Positions 38,556 to 51,370 of a stretch of DNA of 64,000 nucleotides are shown piece after piece. The position numbers and the translations under genes are program-made. Numbering within the stretch: the stretch's first letter is position 1; every line of letters begins with the position of its first letter. This DNA comes from Lytechinus pictus (taxonomy: Eukaryota). The stretch covers positions 39,930,001-39,994,000 of the forward strand of contig NC_087251.1 in the NCBI RefSeq assembly GCF_037042905.1. Direction: 5' to 3'. A model generated the notes under the pieces. The model had not been told where the DNA came from, made no database searches, and was given only the letters and a program-made list of their open reading frames with translations.

Positions 38556-39971
38556 TGGAACAAACCACCACCTCATTTCATTTAATCTACTCCCTTCCTT
38601 ACAATCATCTCCCTCTCTCCCTTCTACATGAATAGCATTTAATCCACTGATTGTGCTCTCTTCCCATACCTCCCTGTAACTATCCATTCATGGAAGCATT
38701 TCATGAAGGATTTTCATCGGTGATTTTCACCAACAAATCCTTGCATCTGATACAAAACTTGTCATGAAATGCTCCCTGTATCTGCCCATTTTTTTAATCA
38801 TTTCACATCCTTTCAACATTAACTAGCCATGACGTGTCATTACTCAAAATAAAACTCAAAATATCAATTTTAAAATGAGAACATTGTAGTGTCATACAAT
38901 ATTCTCATTTTAAAATTGAAATTTTGAGTATTATTACAATTCATTATCGCATTTCTTATTCTATTAAACAATTCAATTCATACTGTTCATTGGCAAGTTT
39001 TTTTTTTTTTTTTGGGGGGGGAGGCTTTTCTTTTCAAAAGAGCAAATGGAATATATTACGATTTTGCAAATATACCTTTTTCGGTACATGATACAATCGC
39101 GTTTCTATGAATTTCAATGAACACTGCATTTTGTTCGAAATAGAAAGCAACAGGCAAAATAATTGTTTCCCCTGTCAAGATAATTTATTCAGTCACCATC
39201 ACTAAATGTTTGTTTGCATACTGTAGTGTATCCATTATGCCACCATGAACTCTGAGACCCATTAACCCACAATAAGTTGAAAAAAAAAAATGAACTGAAA
39301 ATGAAAAATGAACAGATAATGATATATTACTTCCTTAAAATGATATAAATAACTTCTAAAAATTGATCAACAAAATGCCACACAAGTAATTATAGAATAT
39401 AGATGAACTATGTGAGAGCTTTAAAAAAGGGATAAAACGTTTAAAATTTAGGAAACCATTCAAACATGAGTTGTTCACACTGTGTGATTCCAAATCTCAT
39501 TGGAACCTCCAAGCAGTCCACAAAAACTTGTTTTAAGTAATTTGGTTTTCAAAAGGCACTTTTTATATAGCTTGTCTAAAAGATTAATTATTTTTACTTC
39601 ATACTGTCCAAATTTCAAGTTGTACTTCAAATTACTTTATGGAATATGATAGTAAAAAAAATAGCAAAAAAAAAATTGTGTGGCATAAACACTCTTTTCC
39701 ATCAATTTGAAATGTTCTTGTCAAATGTTCGATTTTCATCAACCACCAAAAGCATAATTTTCTCACTTTTGATATCATGTGAGATCAGTTGAATTTCTAT
39801 CTAAGTAAAAGCCTCTTAGGTATTTTCAATGGAAGACATTCAATACAGCCAGTAACGGTTTTGTTAACATGTCAGCTAAAGTAACACATACAGCCTCTAA
39901 TAAAGTCTCGGGTATTTAACATGACGCTGTTATTGTAGCATGCAATGTGACAATGTGCGTAAGATAAACAG

Positions 39972-40180
39972 TTCCATGACATTTGCTCCGGCGACAATAG
40001 CTCCGATGTAAACTTCACACACTAATGGAATGGCCATGTTCAACCCTGGATTTAACACTATACCCTATCCCAAACCCATCCCTAAATCTAACATAAAACC
40101 CTATTCCAACCCTAACCCCCTATATCTCAGACAAAATAAAGCCAAGAGCAATTGTTGCCGGAGCAAATTTCGTGTTGCCA
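39972..40180. mobile_element. MITE with CCCTAA-like interior
   Basis: ATTTGCTCCGGCGACAATAGCTC versus GAGCAATTGTTGCCGGAGCAAAT inverted ends. Confidence 0.75.
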
Positions 40181-40745
40181 AATAAACAGTCGATATATCA
40201 CATAACAGATTAATGAATGAAGATACTATACATTGGACATGAATTATACTTACAGACAACAGTGGGGGGGGGGGGGGTGGAGCGAATACTCAAAATGGGT
40301 TTTAAAACATTAACATAGGGTATTATAAAAACAATAAAAACACACAGAGTTGACAAAGTGGAAGTTTACTCTCCCTCAAACCATGGATCTTAAATATATA
40401 GTTTCATGTATCCCCTTCATATATGCTTCCAACTTATGTGCTTCCAATATGCAAAATATGCCAATGTTTATTTTCTAGTTGCTTGCAATGAATTAAGTTA
40501 CTTGATTATTATAATACCCTTCTAAGGATTTACTTAATTATGTCACATGCTGGAATAGTACATTGTAAGAAAACTGCCAGGGTGAATAATTAAATTTCCA
40601 ATCCCATATGAATTTCAAGTTGTATATTTTAGAATCATGAACAAACAATTTAATAAACAAATAAAGTAATAAAGGTAAGTAATTAAATTTTCAAAAGGAA
40701 ATCAATATCATATACACAGTTGGTATCATACTAGTCTCATCCCAA

Positions 40746-41940
40746 AACAAGAGTGTCGCTGGGGCGAGCACATAATACGCCCGCCTGTAACGCGGAAAAT
40801 GGAGTTATTGGTCAAGCAAGATAAGTGGACAGTGACGACTTGACCTTTGACCTGCAAATCAGCAGACTTCCTGGGATCCACGCTAGTATCATACACACCA
40901 AATTATATGAGCCTCGGTTAAGTAAAACTAAAGTTATCGTGTTTACAAGTACTTCAGAAGGGCTGTGACCTTGACCTTTCATTTAATATTAATGTCAAAG
41001 AGCAATACAATAATGATCATCACCAGAAATCAAGTTTCTGTATAAGACTCTCCATAAGCAGGTGAAAGAATGTCGTTAAAATGCGCTCTAAAAATATGAT
41101 TAAAAAAATAAATAAAAAATACAATGTACAATATATACTGATAAATAGCTAAGTACTTCTGACGATTAACTTCGTCCTCCATTTCTACATTTTCAACATT
41201 TTTGTCTCTTTCATCACCATTTAGCTTTCCATATCTGTCATCACTTGTCACTGTGACCTTTGACCTCAAATCTAAGGCCTCAGTATAATACACACCAAAT
41301 TATATGAGCCTAGGTTAAGTTAAACTAAAGTTATCGCGTTTACAAGGACTTCAGAAGGCTAAGATGAAAACATGTCACTGTGACCTTGACCTTTGGACCT
41401 CAAAATCAATAGGCTTCCTGAGAACCATGCTAGTATCACACACCAAATAATATGAGCCTAGGTTAAGTTAATCTGAAGATATCGCGCTTACAAGGACTTC
41501 AGAAGGCTAAGATGAAAACATGTCACTGTGACCTTGACCTTTGGACCTCAAAATCAAAAGGCTTCCTGGGAACTATGCTAGTATCATACACACCAAATAA
41601 TATGAGCCTAGGTTAATTTAATCTGAAGTTATCAAGCTTACAACAAGGACTTAAGAGATGAAAACATGTCACTGTGACCTTGAACTTTGACCTGGGATCA
41701 ATGCTAGTATCATACACACAAAATTATATGTGCCTAGGTGAAGTTAAACTGAAGTTATCGCGTTTACAAGGACTTCAGAAGGCTAAGATGAAAACATGTC
41801 ACTGTGACCTTGACCTTTGGACCTCAAAATCAATAGGCTTCTTGAGAACCATGCTAGTATCATACCCACCAAGAAGATATCGCGCTTTCAAGGACTTCAG
41901 AAGGGTAACAAGAAAACATGTTACTCTGACCTTGACCTTT
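40746..41940 (+). mobile_element. Helentron/HINE-like element with ~148 bp TGACCTT-rich tandem repeats, interleaved with a duplicated gene end
   Basis: Start AACAAGAGTGTCGCTGGGGCGAGCACATAATACGCCCGCCTG, also seen at 46977. Tandem units start near 41374, 41522, 41668 and 41798. Confidence 0.75.
40980..41246 (-). pseudogene. Duplicated fragment of the K2P channel C-terminus plus proximal 3' UTR
   Basis: Matches 41941-42256. Encodes SDDRYGKLNGDERDKNVENVEMEDEVNRQ versus SDDSHGKLNGDERDKNVENVEMEEEVNGQ in the gene. Confidence 0.88.
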
Positions 41941-42156
41941 CATTTAATTTTAACGTCAAAGAGCAATACAATAATGATCATAACCAGAAATCAAGTTTCT
42001 GTATAAGACTCTTCATAAGCAGGTGAAAGAATGATGTAAAAAATGCGCTCCAAAAAATCTGATAAAAAATAAATACATAAAAAATGATACAATGTACAAT
42101 CTATACTGATAAATAGCTACTGTTGACCATTAACTTCTTCCTCCATTTCTACATTT

Positions 42157-42428
42157 TCAACATTTTTGCTGACCATTAACTTCTTCCTCCATTTCTACAT
42201 TTTCAACATTTTTGTCTCTTTCATCGCCATTTAGCTTTCCATGACTGTCATCGCTTCCGTCCTCTTTTTTATTTCCTTGTTTCATGAAGACCTTGGCATT
42301 CTCTGTCCTTTCTGACAGCCAGTCAGTCATCTTAGAGATAACAGTTGCCATGATGACAAGACCAAAGAAGATCCAGAGGAGGGTAAACCATTTGTAGACC
42401 ACAGTGTATGGGATGTCAGAGTTGGTAC
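42157..42428 (-). CDS. K2P (KCNK family, TREK/TALK-like) potassium channel, last coding exon (TM4 and C-terminus)
   Basis: Acceptor CTTGTCATTTCAG| then (G)TNSDIPYTVVYKWFTLLWIFFGLVIMATVISKMTDWL…GQQKC*. Phase 1, matching the upstream exon end (DYVAG). Confidence 0.9.
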
Positions 42429-42479
42429 CTGAAATGACAAGATCATTAATAGCCATTCATAATCAGAATCAAAATATTA

Positions 42480-43844
42480 AACAAGTGGAACGCCTCTGGC
42501 AGTCACGCCTGCATTACGCGATTTAATATAGCAGCAGTGCTAACTTTGAAAACTACTATAAAATAATCATTCACAAAAACACCATTCATACAATGACATA
42601 ATACCATGTTCATTGACCATAAATGACATTTGAACGGAGACTTAAGACTGTCAACTACACCCATGTCCACATTTCATTCACTCTATCCATAAACTTTCAA
42701 AGTTATGATGGCACTTCAACAATTACCCCAACATGGCCTAAGTTTATTGACCTTAACTGACCTTTGACTTGGTTTTGTGACCTGAAACTCACAGGGGATG
42801 TTCAGTGATGCTTGATTACTCTTATATCCCAAGTTTTATGAACTAGATCCATAAACTTTCAGAGTTAGGATGGTAATTCAACAAATACCCCCAACACGGC
42901 CAAAGTTCATTGACCTTTAATGACCTTTGACCATGGTCATGTGACCTGAAACTCGTACAGGATGTTCAGTGATACTTGATTACTCTTATGTCCAAGTTTT
43001 ATGAACTAGATCCATAAAATTTCAGAGTTAGGAAGGTAATTTAACAAATACCCAGGTAATTTAACAAATACCCCCAACACGGCAAAAGTTCATTGACCTT
43101 AAATGACCATTGACCATGGTCATGTGACCTGAAACTCGCACAGGATATTCAGTGGTACTTGATTAACCTAATGTCCAAGTTTCATGGACTAGATCCATAA
43201 ATTTTCAAAGTTATGATGGTAATTCAACAAATACCCCCAACTTGGCCAAAGTTCATTGACCCTAAATGACCTTGGTCATGTGACTTGAAACTCAGGCAGG
43301 ATGTTCACTAATACTTGATTAACCTTATGTCCAAGTTTCATGGACTAGATCCATAAATTTTCAAAGTTATGATAGTAATTCAACAAATACCCCCAACTTG
43401 ACCAAAGTTCATTGACCCTAAATGACCTTTGACCTTGGTCACGTGACCTGAAACTCGAGCAGGATGTTCACTAATACTTGATTAACCTTATGCCCAAGTT
43501 TCATGAACTAGGTCCATATACTTTATAAGTTATGATGTCATTTCAAAAACTTAACCTTCGGTTAAGATTTTGAAAATAATTTTCCCAACATGGTCTAAGT
43601 TCATTGACCCTAAATGACCTTTGACCTTGGTCATTTGACCTGAAACTCAGGCAGGATGTTCAGTAATACTTGATTAACCTTATGTACAAGTTTCATGAAC
43701 TAGGTCCATATACTTTCTAAGTTATGATGTCATTTCAAAAACTTAACCTTAGGTTAAGATTTGATGTTGACGCCGCTGCCGCCGTCGCCGCCGTCGGAAA
43801 AGCGGCGCCTATAGTCTCGCTCTGCTATGCAGGCGAGACAAAAA
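42480..43844 (+). mobile_element. Complete Helentron/HINE-like element with ~160 bp tandem array, in the K2P intron
   Basis: AACAAG start. Subterminal inverted repeat GTCACGCCTGCAT / ATGCAGGCGAGAC, terminal hairpin GTCTCGC…GCGAGAC plus A-run, GCC microsatellite, and six TGACCTGAAACTC-type units. Confidence 0.85.
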
Positions 43845-43895
43845 GGACTGAAAATATATGGAGGATTGGGGTTGGAAATGTTGCTATACATTTAA

Positions 43896-44360
43896 AGGAC
43901 AAGTCTACCCCAATAAAAGGTTGATTTGAATAAAAAGAAATAAATCCAACAAGCATAACACTGAAAATTTCATCAAAATCAGATGTGAAATAAGAAAGTT
44001 ATGAAATTTTAAAGTTTCGCTTAATTTCACAGAACAGTTGTATGCACATCTTGGTCAGTATTCAAATGAGGAGACTGATGACGTCATCCACTATTTCCTT
44101 TCTATTTCATGATATGAAATGTGAAATATTCTAATTTTCTCCTCATTGTCAAGTGAAACGATTAATTCTCCCTGAACATGTGGAATTAGCATTAATACTA
44201 TGTTTCAGTCAATTTGGTCCTTATTGTCAAATCTGTAAAAATTTAATATTGTATATGGTAATTCAAACAATAAAAAACAAAAGAAAGAGTGAGTGCGGGA
44301 CATCGTTGACTGTCTCATTTGCATGTCACTGAGTTGTGCATATAACTTTTTTTTGTGAAA
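43896..44360. mobile_element. Truncated Kolobok-like non-autonomous element
   Basis: TTAA|AGGACAAGTCTACCCC start; homologous to 61910-62502; other end missing. Confidence 0.8.
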
Positions 44361-44801
44361 AATACTAATAATTCCATGTATTTTTTAGTATAAAAACAGT
44401 AATATAAAACTAATTAGTACCACCATAACCAGTCATTCGGTGGATGTTGTTTTGATATGCAACAAAATATAACAGCCCCGGGGAGAAATAGAACTGATCA
44501 TGAACTAGAAAGGGTTCACTCTTTATAATTCGGAGCCCCTTCATACAAAATCCTGGCTGCGGCCCTGGTAGTGTTACAGGTTTTTGATGAATGAAATTAA
44601 ATATAATGAAATAAAATTTGACTTGTGAATTTTAGAAATGTTGCCCCCACACCATAAATATTGTGTCCCCCTTAATCTTTGGCTCATCATGATATAAAAT
44701 ACATGTCCACAGTTTGGAGAAAAAAAATTGAATTAAAATTCTCATTAACTTGAAAAAATTATACCACTCCCAAATATGAAAGGACATAAAGATAATCATA
44801 C

Positions 44802-45149
44802 CTGCTACGTAGTCACCAAAGCCTATGGTTGTCAAAGTGATGAAGCAGTAATACCAAGACTCGTAGAAACTCCATCCCTCGATCACAGAGAAACAAGCAG
44901 CAGGTATTATCAAACCAAATCCGAAAAGGATTATAGCGAGGACCAATCCTTGTACAGTGGGTATCACCCAAGATCTTGTCTGGCATTGTTCAAAGCATTG
45001 TGAGATCTTGTTGATGAGGAGCTTGAACTTAGCATGGATCTTGGCGCCAATCTGGGCCAGGACAACACCACAGAGAGGAATACCAATCAAGGCATATACG
45101 ATGGTGAAGGATTGGCCACCACGAGTGGAAGGGGAGATGTTGCCATAAC
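44802..45149 (-). CDS. K2P (KCNK family, TREK/TALK-like) potassium channel, internal exon (end of P1, TM2, TM3, P2)
   Basis: TTTATACAG|(G)YGNISPSTRGGQSFTIVYALIGIPLCG…EGWSFYESWYYCFITLTTIGFGDYVAG|GTATGA. 348 nt, phase 1-1. Contains both the GYG and GFG filter motifs, with the intron splitting the P1 glycine as is typical of K2P genes. Confidence 0.96.
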
Positions 45150-45697
45150 CTGTATAAAGAAAATAAATAAAGATATATTTAATGCTGCTTTTAATTCAAA
45201 ACTAGCAGTCAGTTAATACTTGTTAAGGGTAGGGTTTCACATGCCAATTAATACTTGTTTCGAGACCCCATAGTCACGCATGTTATCCACTCGTCAATGG
45301 AAATGTTTTGTTTCACACCCAGGGCTCCCACCGCCAATAATGAGCTTCGAGGCAATGCCTCAATGCCCCTACTATATCTATATCTATACTATATCTATAT
45401 CCCTATCTCAGTGTGTATACTCACTTCGGTTCTTTCATTCTCTCCTCAGTCATCACAAGATCCAACTCACTGCAAACATAACTAAACACACTGAAAACAC
45501 ACGCAACAACACAAGCACACAACGTGGTTTGACCCTCACAATTGTTTCTTTGAAGTGTCTGTTTACAATTTTTAGTGTTGTGATGATGGAGTGATTTCAG
45601 TGCTTGAACGATATCTGAGTTGATGTATTCCTAGTATGAATGTGTGACACTTGGTTTACAAGTTTACTGTTTTTCCCCATTATTTGTCAAACTAATC

Positions 45698-46771
45698 CAG
45701 TCAGTCGGCAAGCCCTAAAAAGTAGCTTCTTTTATCCAAGTGATATTCAGGACTAGAGGATTTTTGCATCCTTAATGAGCTTGGTGGGACGAAAACACCT
45801 TTTTATTCGGCCATTGCTGCTCTAAATATTGACAAAATTTAATGTTTTTTGTATCTTTATAAAGAAAAAAAGTAATTCTTTCAGGTCATGTGTTTTGATT
45901 TTTTAAAAGATTGTGTAATATAGGTGAAAATTTTGATCTAAAACATGAAAGAAAATTATTTTCATGCAACAAAAGTCGTTATTTTTCCACTTGATTTCTG
46001 TTTGAGCACAAATGATTCTTAGATCATGATAAAGCTGAGGATCTTAGCTTTAATATGATATAATTTCTATAAGAGGTATTTTAGATGGGTCAGCAGCCAG
46101 CTTTTCATAGGCCAAGTACATTTAGCAGCTCAAAAACAAGAATACTGCGCTTTGATTGGTCATAGAGACCACACACCCACGCAAATTCCAATGTTCCCCA
46201 CACTGGGCCTCTGCAAGGTCACACTCACCATGTGGTAATCTCTTCAAATTACCCGCGCCCGTTGTTTTGAAACATTATTCAGCCAATCAGAACTCTGGAT
46301 TTTATGTTACTCAGAAATTTCAGAAATCTCGTCTTGCATCTTGATGGAAAGAGCTGGCTGCTGACCCATCTAAAAGATGCCACATATCAAGAGTGACATT
46401 GTAAGAAAGTATAGAGTTTGAGCTTTCTGTTGATATAAATAATGTTTGTGCCTAAAACACAAAATTTTGCACAATTTGCAAGTGAAAACAGAGGAAGAAA
46501 ATTCTGTTTGAGGCATCTTTTCAGGTCAAAAATTCACTTATTTTTTAAAATATTTTATTCAAAAGAAATAACCAATATAAAAGAGTAACATTTACTCTTT
46601 CCTATGGTACAAAAATAATCAATATTACTCAAGGAAAAAGTGGTTAAATTCTTTGAGAAAGAAAGTCTCACAATTCACGAGATTTTTGCAGGGACATGAA
46701 TTCAGCCACGAGAGGACTTGGATAAATCTTGCTCATTTGCTTCATTAACACAGGGGCTTGCAGACTGACTG
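45698..46771. mobile_element. ~1.07 kb non-autonomous TIR element with 4-bp TSD
   Basis: AATC|CAGTCAGTCGGCAAGCCC … GGGCTTGCAGACTGACTG|AATC. Inner inverted pair TTTTAGATGGGTCAGCAGCCAGCT (~46079) / AGCTGGCTGCTGACCCATCTAAAA (~46352). Confidence 0.82.
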
Positions 46772-46976
46772 AATCTCAAAAGAACCGCATTTGTGTCCAA
46801 ATACAATGTAAAAGAATGATAAAGTTCTACTTTTGTGCAATTTTGAGATCATTTATTTTATCATACAATATACCTGCATCCCTGCAAAGGTAAAGTAGAA
46901 CAAATAGGCCTATCCTCCGTACATAATTGACTGAAAGTTATTTCAATGACGCATAAAAAATTAAAAAAAATTAAAA

Positions 46977-47235
46977 ACAAGAGTGTCGCTAGGGCGAGCA
47001 CATAATACGCCCGCCTGTAAAGCAATATCAATAGAATTCCTGAGATCTATGCTAGTATCATACAAACCAAATTATATGAGCCTAAAGGTTAAGTTAAACT
47101 GAAGTTATCGCGTTAACAAGGACTTCAGAAGGGTAAGATGAAAACATGTCACTGTGACCTGACCTTTTCACCTCAAAATCAATAGGCTTCCTGAGATCCA
47201 TGCTAGTATCATACACACCAAATTATATGAGCCTA
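46977..47235 (+). mobile_element. Helentron/HINE-like fragment (same family as 40746)
   Basis: Same start and ~148 bp unit sequence; cut off at ~47236. Confidence 0.8.
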
Positions 47236-47239
47236 TAGG

Positions 47240-48741
47240 CACTAGCGTACCTAAGGGGGGGCAGACTGCCCCCCCCTGACGAGTCACAAGCAAAAAAAAA
47301 AAGGAAGCGAAAAAGGGGAAAGAAATGAGGAAAAAGGAAAGAGAAAAATGGGGGAAGGGGAAAAAGAAGAAAGAGTTAAAGAGAAAGGGAAAACAAAAAC
47401 TGGACTGCAGACTGTCGGAAAAAAATGATAAACTGTCGGGCACACGGGGCTGTTCCAACTGATTCAGTATTTTACTTCCACCATCTTTGTCAGTAAATGT
47501 CATTTAAACTGTACACTTTTATCGGTAAATTGTGATTTTTACGCAATGTGACTTTTAGAGCTCTCTGTACCGATAGTGAGGACGGACTGGGCTGACCAGG
47601 GACAGGAAAAATGTAGAGAACAACTTTTAGGTAATAAGATAAATGTCTAGTTTTCAGGTTGAAATATCAAAAATTTAAGTTAGAAACCAATTTGTTCACA
47701 GTTACAAAAAGTGCTTATAATATCCAGTTCTTAGGCCGGAATTTCAAATATTTCAGGTGGCGCTTCGTGCTCACATATAACTGTTTAGGCATATATCCAT
47801 CCTGTTCATAGTTAAATGAAGTGCTTAGAATTTCCGGTTTTCAGGTCGGAATATAAAAAATAAAAAATATCAAAAATACATAATTAGAAACCAATTTGTT
47901 CACGGTTATAGAAATTGCTTAGAATATCAAGTTCTTAGGTTGGAATATCAAAAATTTCAGCTCGAGCTTCGCACTTGCATAAAATTCCATCTTGTTCATA
48001 ATTATAAATGAAGTGCTTAGAATGTAAGGTTTTCAGGTAGAAATATAAAAATATTTCAGCTTGCGCTTCGCGCTCACACCAATTAATTGTTTTTAACTAC
48101 CATCTTGTTCATAGTTCAAAAAAAAAAAAAAAGGTGCTTAGAATGTCCAGTTTTCAGGGGGGAATATCTCAAATTTTCAGCTCGCTCTTCGCGCTCGCAT
48201 CAATTAATTTTTCAGTTAGAATCCAATTTGTTCATGGTTACTAAAAGTGCTTAGAATATCCAGTTCTTAAGTCGGAATATCAAAAGTTTTAGCTCGCGCT
48301 TCGCGCCCGCACGACTGTTTAGATACCCATCCTGTAAAACTGCTTAGAATGTCTAGGGTCCAGTAAGGAATATCAAAATTTTTAGCTCACGCAAACGCTC
48401 GCATAATTTATTAAGGAAGATACCCATCCTTTTCATTAATAAGTGCATAAAATGTATCGTTTTAGGTCTACATTTTCAGAAAAAAATTAACTCGCAATTA
48501 TTATTTTTATATTATTTTTGTGTAAATTGTTAGGCACGTGTCAGTGAAAGCGAAGACTTTTTGGGGGTGGGACTTGTCAAAATTTTTGTAAACAATAATG
48601 TCCCCCTCGAAAATCCAGGATCTGCCCCTGGGTTGGATATCTAGTTTTGGTCGTCGGACGTCAGTAATCGGTACTGATATCTGTCGGTAATCAAGGTCCT
48701 CCATCCCCCCCCCCCACTGGAAAGGCCTAGCTATACCCCTG
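47240..48741. mobile_element. Degenerate hAT-like non-autonomous element or composite with ~120 bp internal tandem repeats
   Basis: Ends CTAGCGTACCTAAGGGGGGG and CCTAGCTATACCCCTG. Positions 47640-48500 repeat GTGCTTAGAAT…GGAATATCAAAA…CAGCTCGCGCTTCGCGCTCGC. Related diverged repeats lie at ~37000-37440. Confidence 0.55.
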
Positions 48742-49884
48742 CTTACACATTCCTCTGGTTATTACCGCCCCCTTTGTATCCGATCCCTTCGTCCGCCTAT
48801 CTATTTTTTTTCCCAATTTCAATTCCCTCAACCTTCTGACATTCCTGCCAGTGAGTGAGTGATTTTCCCCATATCTAGTGATATATCATGTTACTGTAGC
48901 ATATATTTTCTCGTTCATATTTATTTTTCATGAGTGAATGGATGCATTTATTTTTGTTTTTAACTGTGTATATGGAAATAAAACAAATGCAAATCAATAC
49001 ATGAATACAACTGATTTCAATGTCAAATACCTCTTTTATAACGTCTCCAAATGAGCAGAATTGGGAACATAATGTAACACCTTCAAAGAGGAATAAAAGA
49101 AGTATTTTAATATAAACATTGCAATTACCACTTGATTAGAAATATATCGATCATGATCCAATACATTTCATTTCTGGAATGATATACAAAAAAAAATAAT
49201 TTCGACAATAAAGTGCAATCGCCTGATAGCAAGTATCAGTAGTAGCAAGATCCCAACTGTTTTAATGGGCAGCCCCTGGGTAACCTTTCCCACCTTCAGT
49301 GCCACTTCCAGACCTACACATCCAAACGTAAATGGGGGGGTGGGCTGCAAAATGCAGGGCAACGAGGACTGCGAGGTGCCCAAATATCCGCGTGTATTGG
49401 TAATTTTTTGACCAAATGTATAATTTCTGCACGTTTCACATCATGTAAAAAAGGCTAAATAATAATTTTAAAAAATGTTCGCTCGCTCGAATATTAAAAA
49501 CTGAAGTTGATATTCGGACAATGATTATCAGCCCCCCCGTCCATGCCTACTACCCCCCCCATGTTCGTATCAATTACACAGATTGTACTGTATATTTCAT
49601 GATATATGCCAAATAATTCCAAAATACATCATCCGTCATGAATGCCATGCAAAGCCTCTAATTGATATCCCCATGAAATCTTGTAAATGAGCTTATCCTT
49701 AGTCTCGTCTGCAAATCTGCCCTGACCTAATTTCTCCACACAGTGAGAGAGGCCATGTAGCACCCAAACCAACAAAGAATGAAAAAGGCAGCAATCCGGT
49801 AACCCCCCCCCCCCCCACCCCACTACAGCAAGAAAGTCAGATTTCCAAAAATGTGTATGGCACGCCTATAGGGAATCAATTCAA

Positions 49885-50195
49885 GATATATTTCACTTAA
49901 ATAACTTATATATGTTTCTCTTCCACTAAATCATTTCACTCAAAGAAATTCATATTTCACTTTTAAAAATATATTCCACTTCATCAAAAAAATATATTTC
50001 ACTTAAAAAAAAAGATATTTCACTTTTCAAAAAAATATATTTCACTTTTCCAAAAAAAACTATATTTCACTTTGAAACAAATATATTTCACTTTTCAAAA
50101 AAACATGTTTCACTTTTGAAAACAAAATATATTTAACTTTTCAAAAAAAATTTGTTTCACTTTAGAAAAAAAAAATTCACTTTTCAAAAAATATA
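49885..50195. repeat. AT-rich ~24 bp tandem repeat
   Basis: ATATATTTCACTTTTCAAAAAA repeated with variation. Confidence 0.85.
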
Positions 50196-50290
50196 TTTCT
50201 TTTCGACAAAGAATCATTTGGTTTATTGCCATATCGTCTACTGTCATTTTGTCCACTCACCACATGGTCTTCTTTGTATACAGCTGATAG

Positions 50291-50806
50291 AACAAGGCAA
50301 AAGCGATTTTGTGTCTCGCCCACTTATGAAAATAACCAGAAATATTGTGATTTGCTAGGGCACGCAACTGAATTGTATCAAAACTTCATTGTGAAATGAC
50401 TGGGATGGACTAAAACTTGTCAAAAAAGTCTTGCAGGTAAACTGTAATGTTGACCCGAAAATAACCTTTTACCTTACCATGTGACCTCTGACTGCAGCAT
50501 AACATGCAGGTCGCCTCCAAGCAAATCACATCCAAGTTTGGTTGAAAAGTGACTTACGGTTGCAAAGTTAGGTGTCATAAGAGAGTCTTGCAAGTAAACT
50601 TTAACGTTGACCTGAAAATGAACTTTAACCTTACCATGTGACCTCCGAATGCAGCATAACATGCAGGTCCCCCAAGTCCATCTACCACCCAAGTTTGATT
50701 GAAAAGTGACTTACCGTTGTGGAGTTATGTGTCATATGGCTTGTGACGGACGGACGACATTTGGATCCCTAAGTCTCGCCTTCACCTCTGGTGGGCGAGA
50801 CAAAAA
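50291..50806 (+). mobile_element. Helentron/HINE-like element (another family)
   Basis: AACAAG start; subterminal inverted repeat GTCTCGCCCAC / GTGGGCGAGAC; GACG microsatellite; terminal hairpin plus AAAAA; two ~160 bp internal units. Confidence 0.85.
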
Positions 50807-50859
50807 GGGCTACTCTTTCATCTCCATATAGTTTTAAGGCAATTTATGTGGCTTGCTTT

Positions 50860-51370
50860 ACAACAGAAATAGCTTTTTGCCTCAATGGGGACTCCAAAAT
50901 GGCAGATTTTCCCATAAATAGGCAAAATACGAAAAAGGGGTGGGTATACTTTGGCAGGCCCCTGAGGGTGTTAGGCTTCGATTACCTAGCACTTCTTTAT
51001 ATGCAGCTGATAGAAAAAGAAGTGCTCTTTTGTCTCCAAGTGATTTCATGACAATAAAAGTGGCTTCACTTCATAGCAGAAATGTTCCTTTTGCCTCAAT
51101 GGGGCCTCAAAATGGCAGATTTTTACATAGACAAAATACTGAAAATGGCTGGGTGAGTTTGGCAGACCCCCCCCCCCCCCGCCCCTGAGCGAGAAGGTTG
51201 CCAGTACCTCTTTACTCCTTTGTCTTAAAGTGGTTTCAAATGAATAAAAGAGGGTTTATTACATGGTAGAAATGCTATCTGCCTCAATAGGGACTTCAAA
51301 ATGGCAAATTTTCCAAGAAATATACAAACTTCGGAAAAAGGATGGAGTGACTTTGGCAGCCCCCCCCCCA
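50860..51370. repeat. Three diverged ~200 bp tandem units
   Basis: TGCCTCAATRGGG…CAAAATGGCARATTTT…TTTGGCAG at ~50878, ~51092 and ~51280. Confidence 0.75.

Noticed and set aside
38097..38687. 196-aa repetitive ORF (VRNSEGSL repeats)
   Set aside because: It is a read-through of MITE internal repeats.
40065..40122. Interstitial telomeric repeat (CCCTAA-like)
   Set aside because: Degenerate and confined to the interior of a MITE.
46874..46881. 8-nt micro-exon (TTTGCAG|GGATGCAG|GTATAT, - strand) of the K2P gene
   Set aside because: The donor is weak, and inclusion would give DAGYG instead of the conserved TIGYG filter. It cannot be supported without RNA data.
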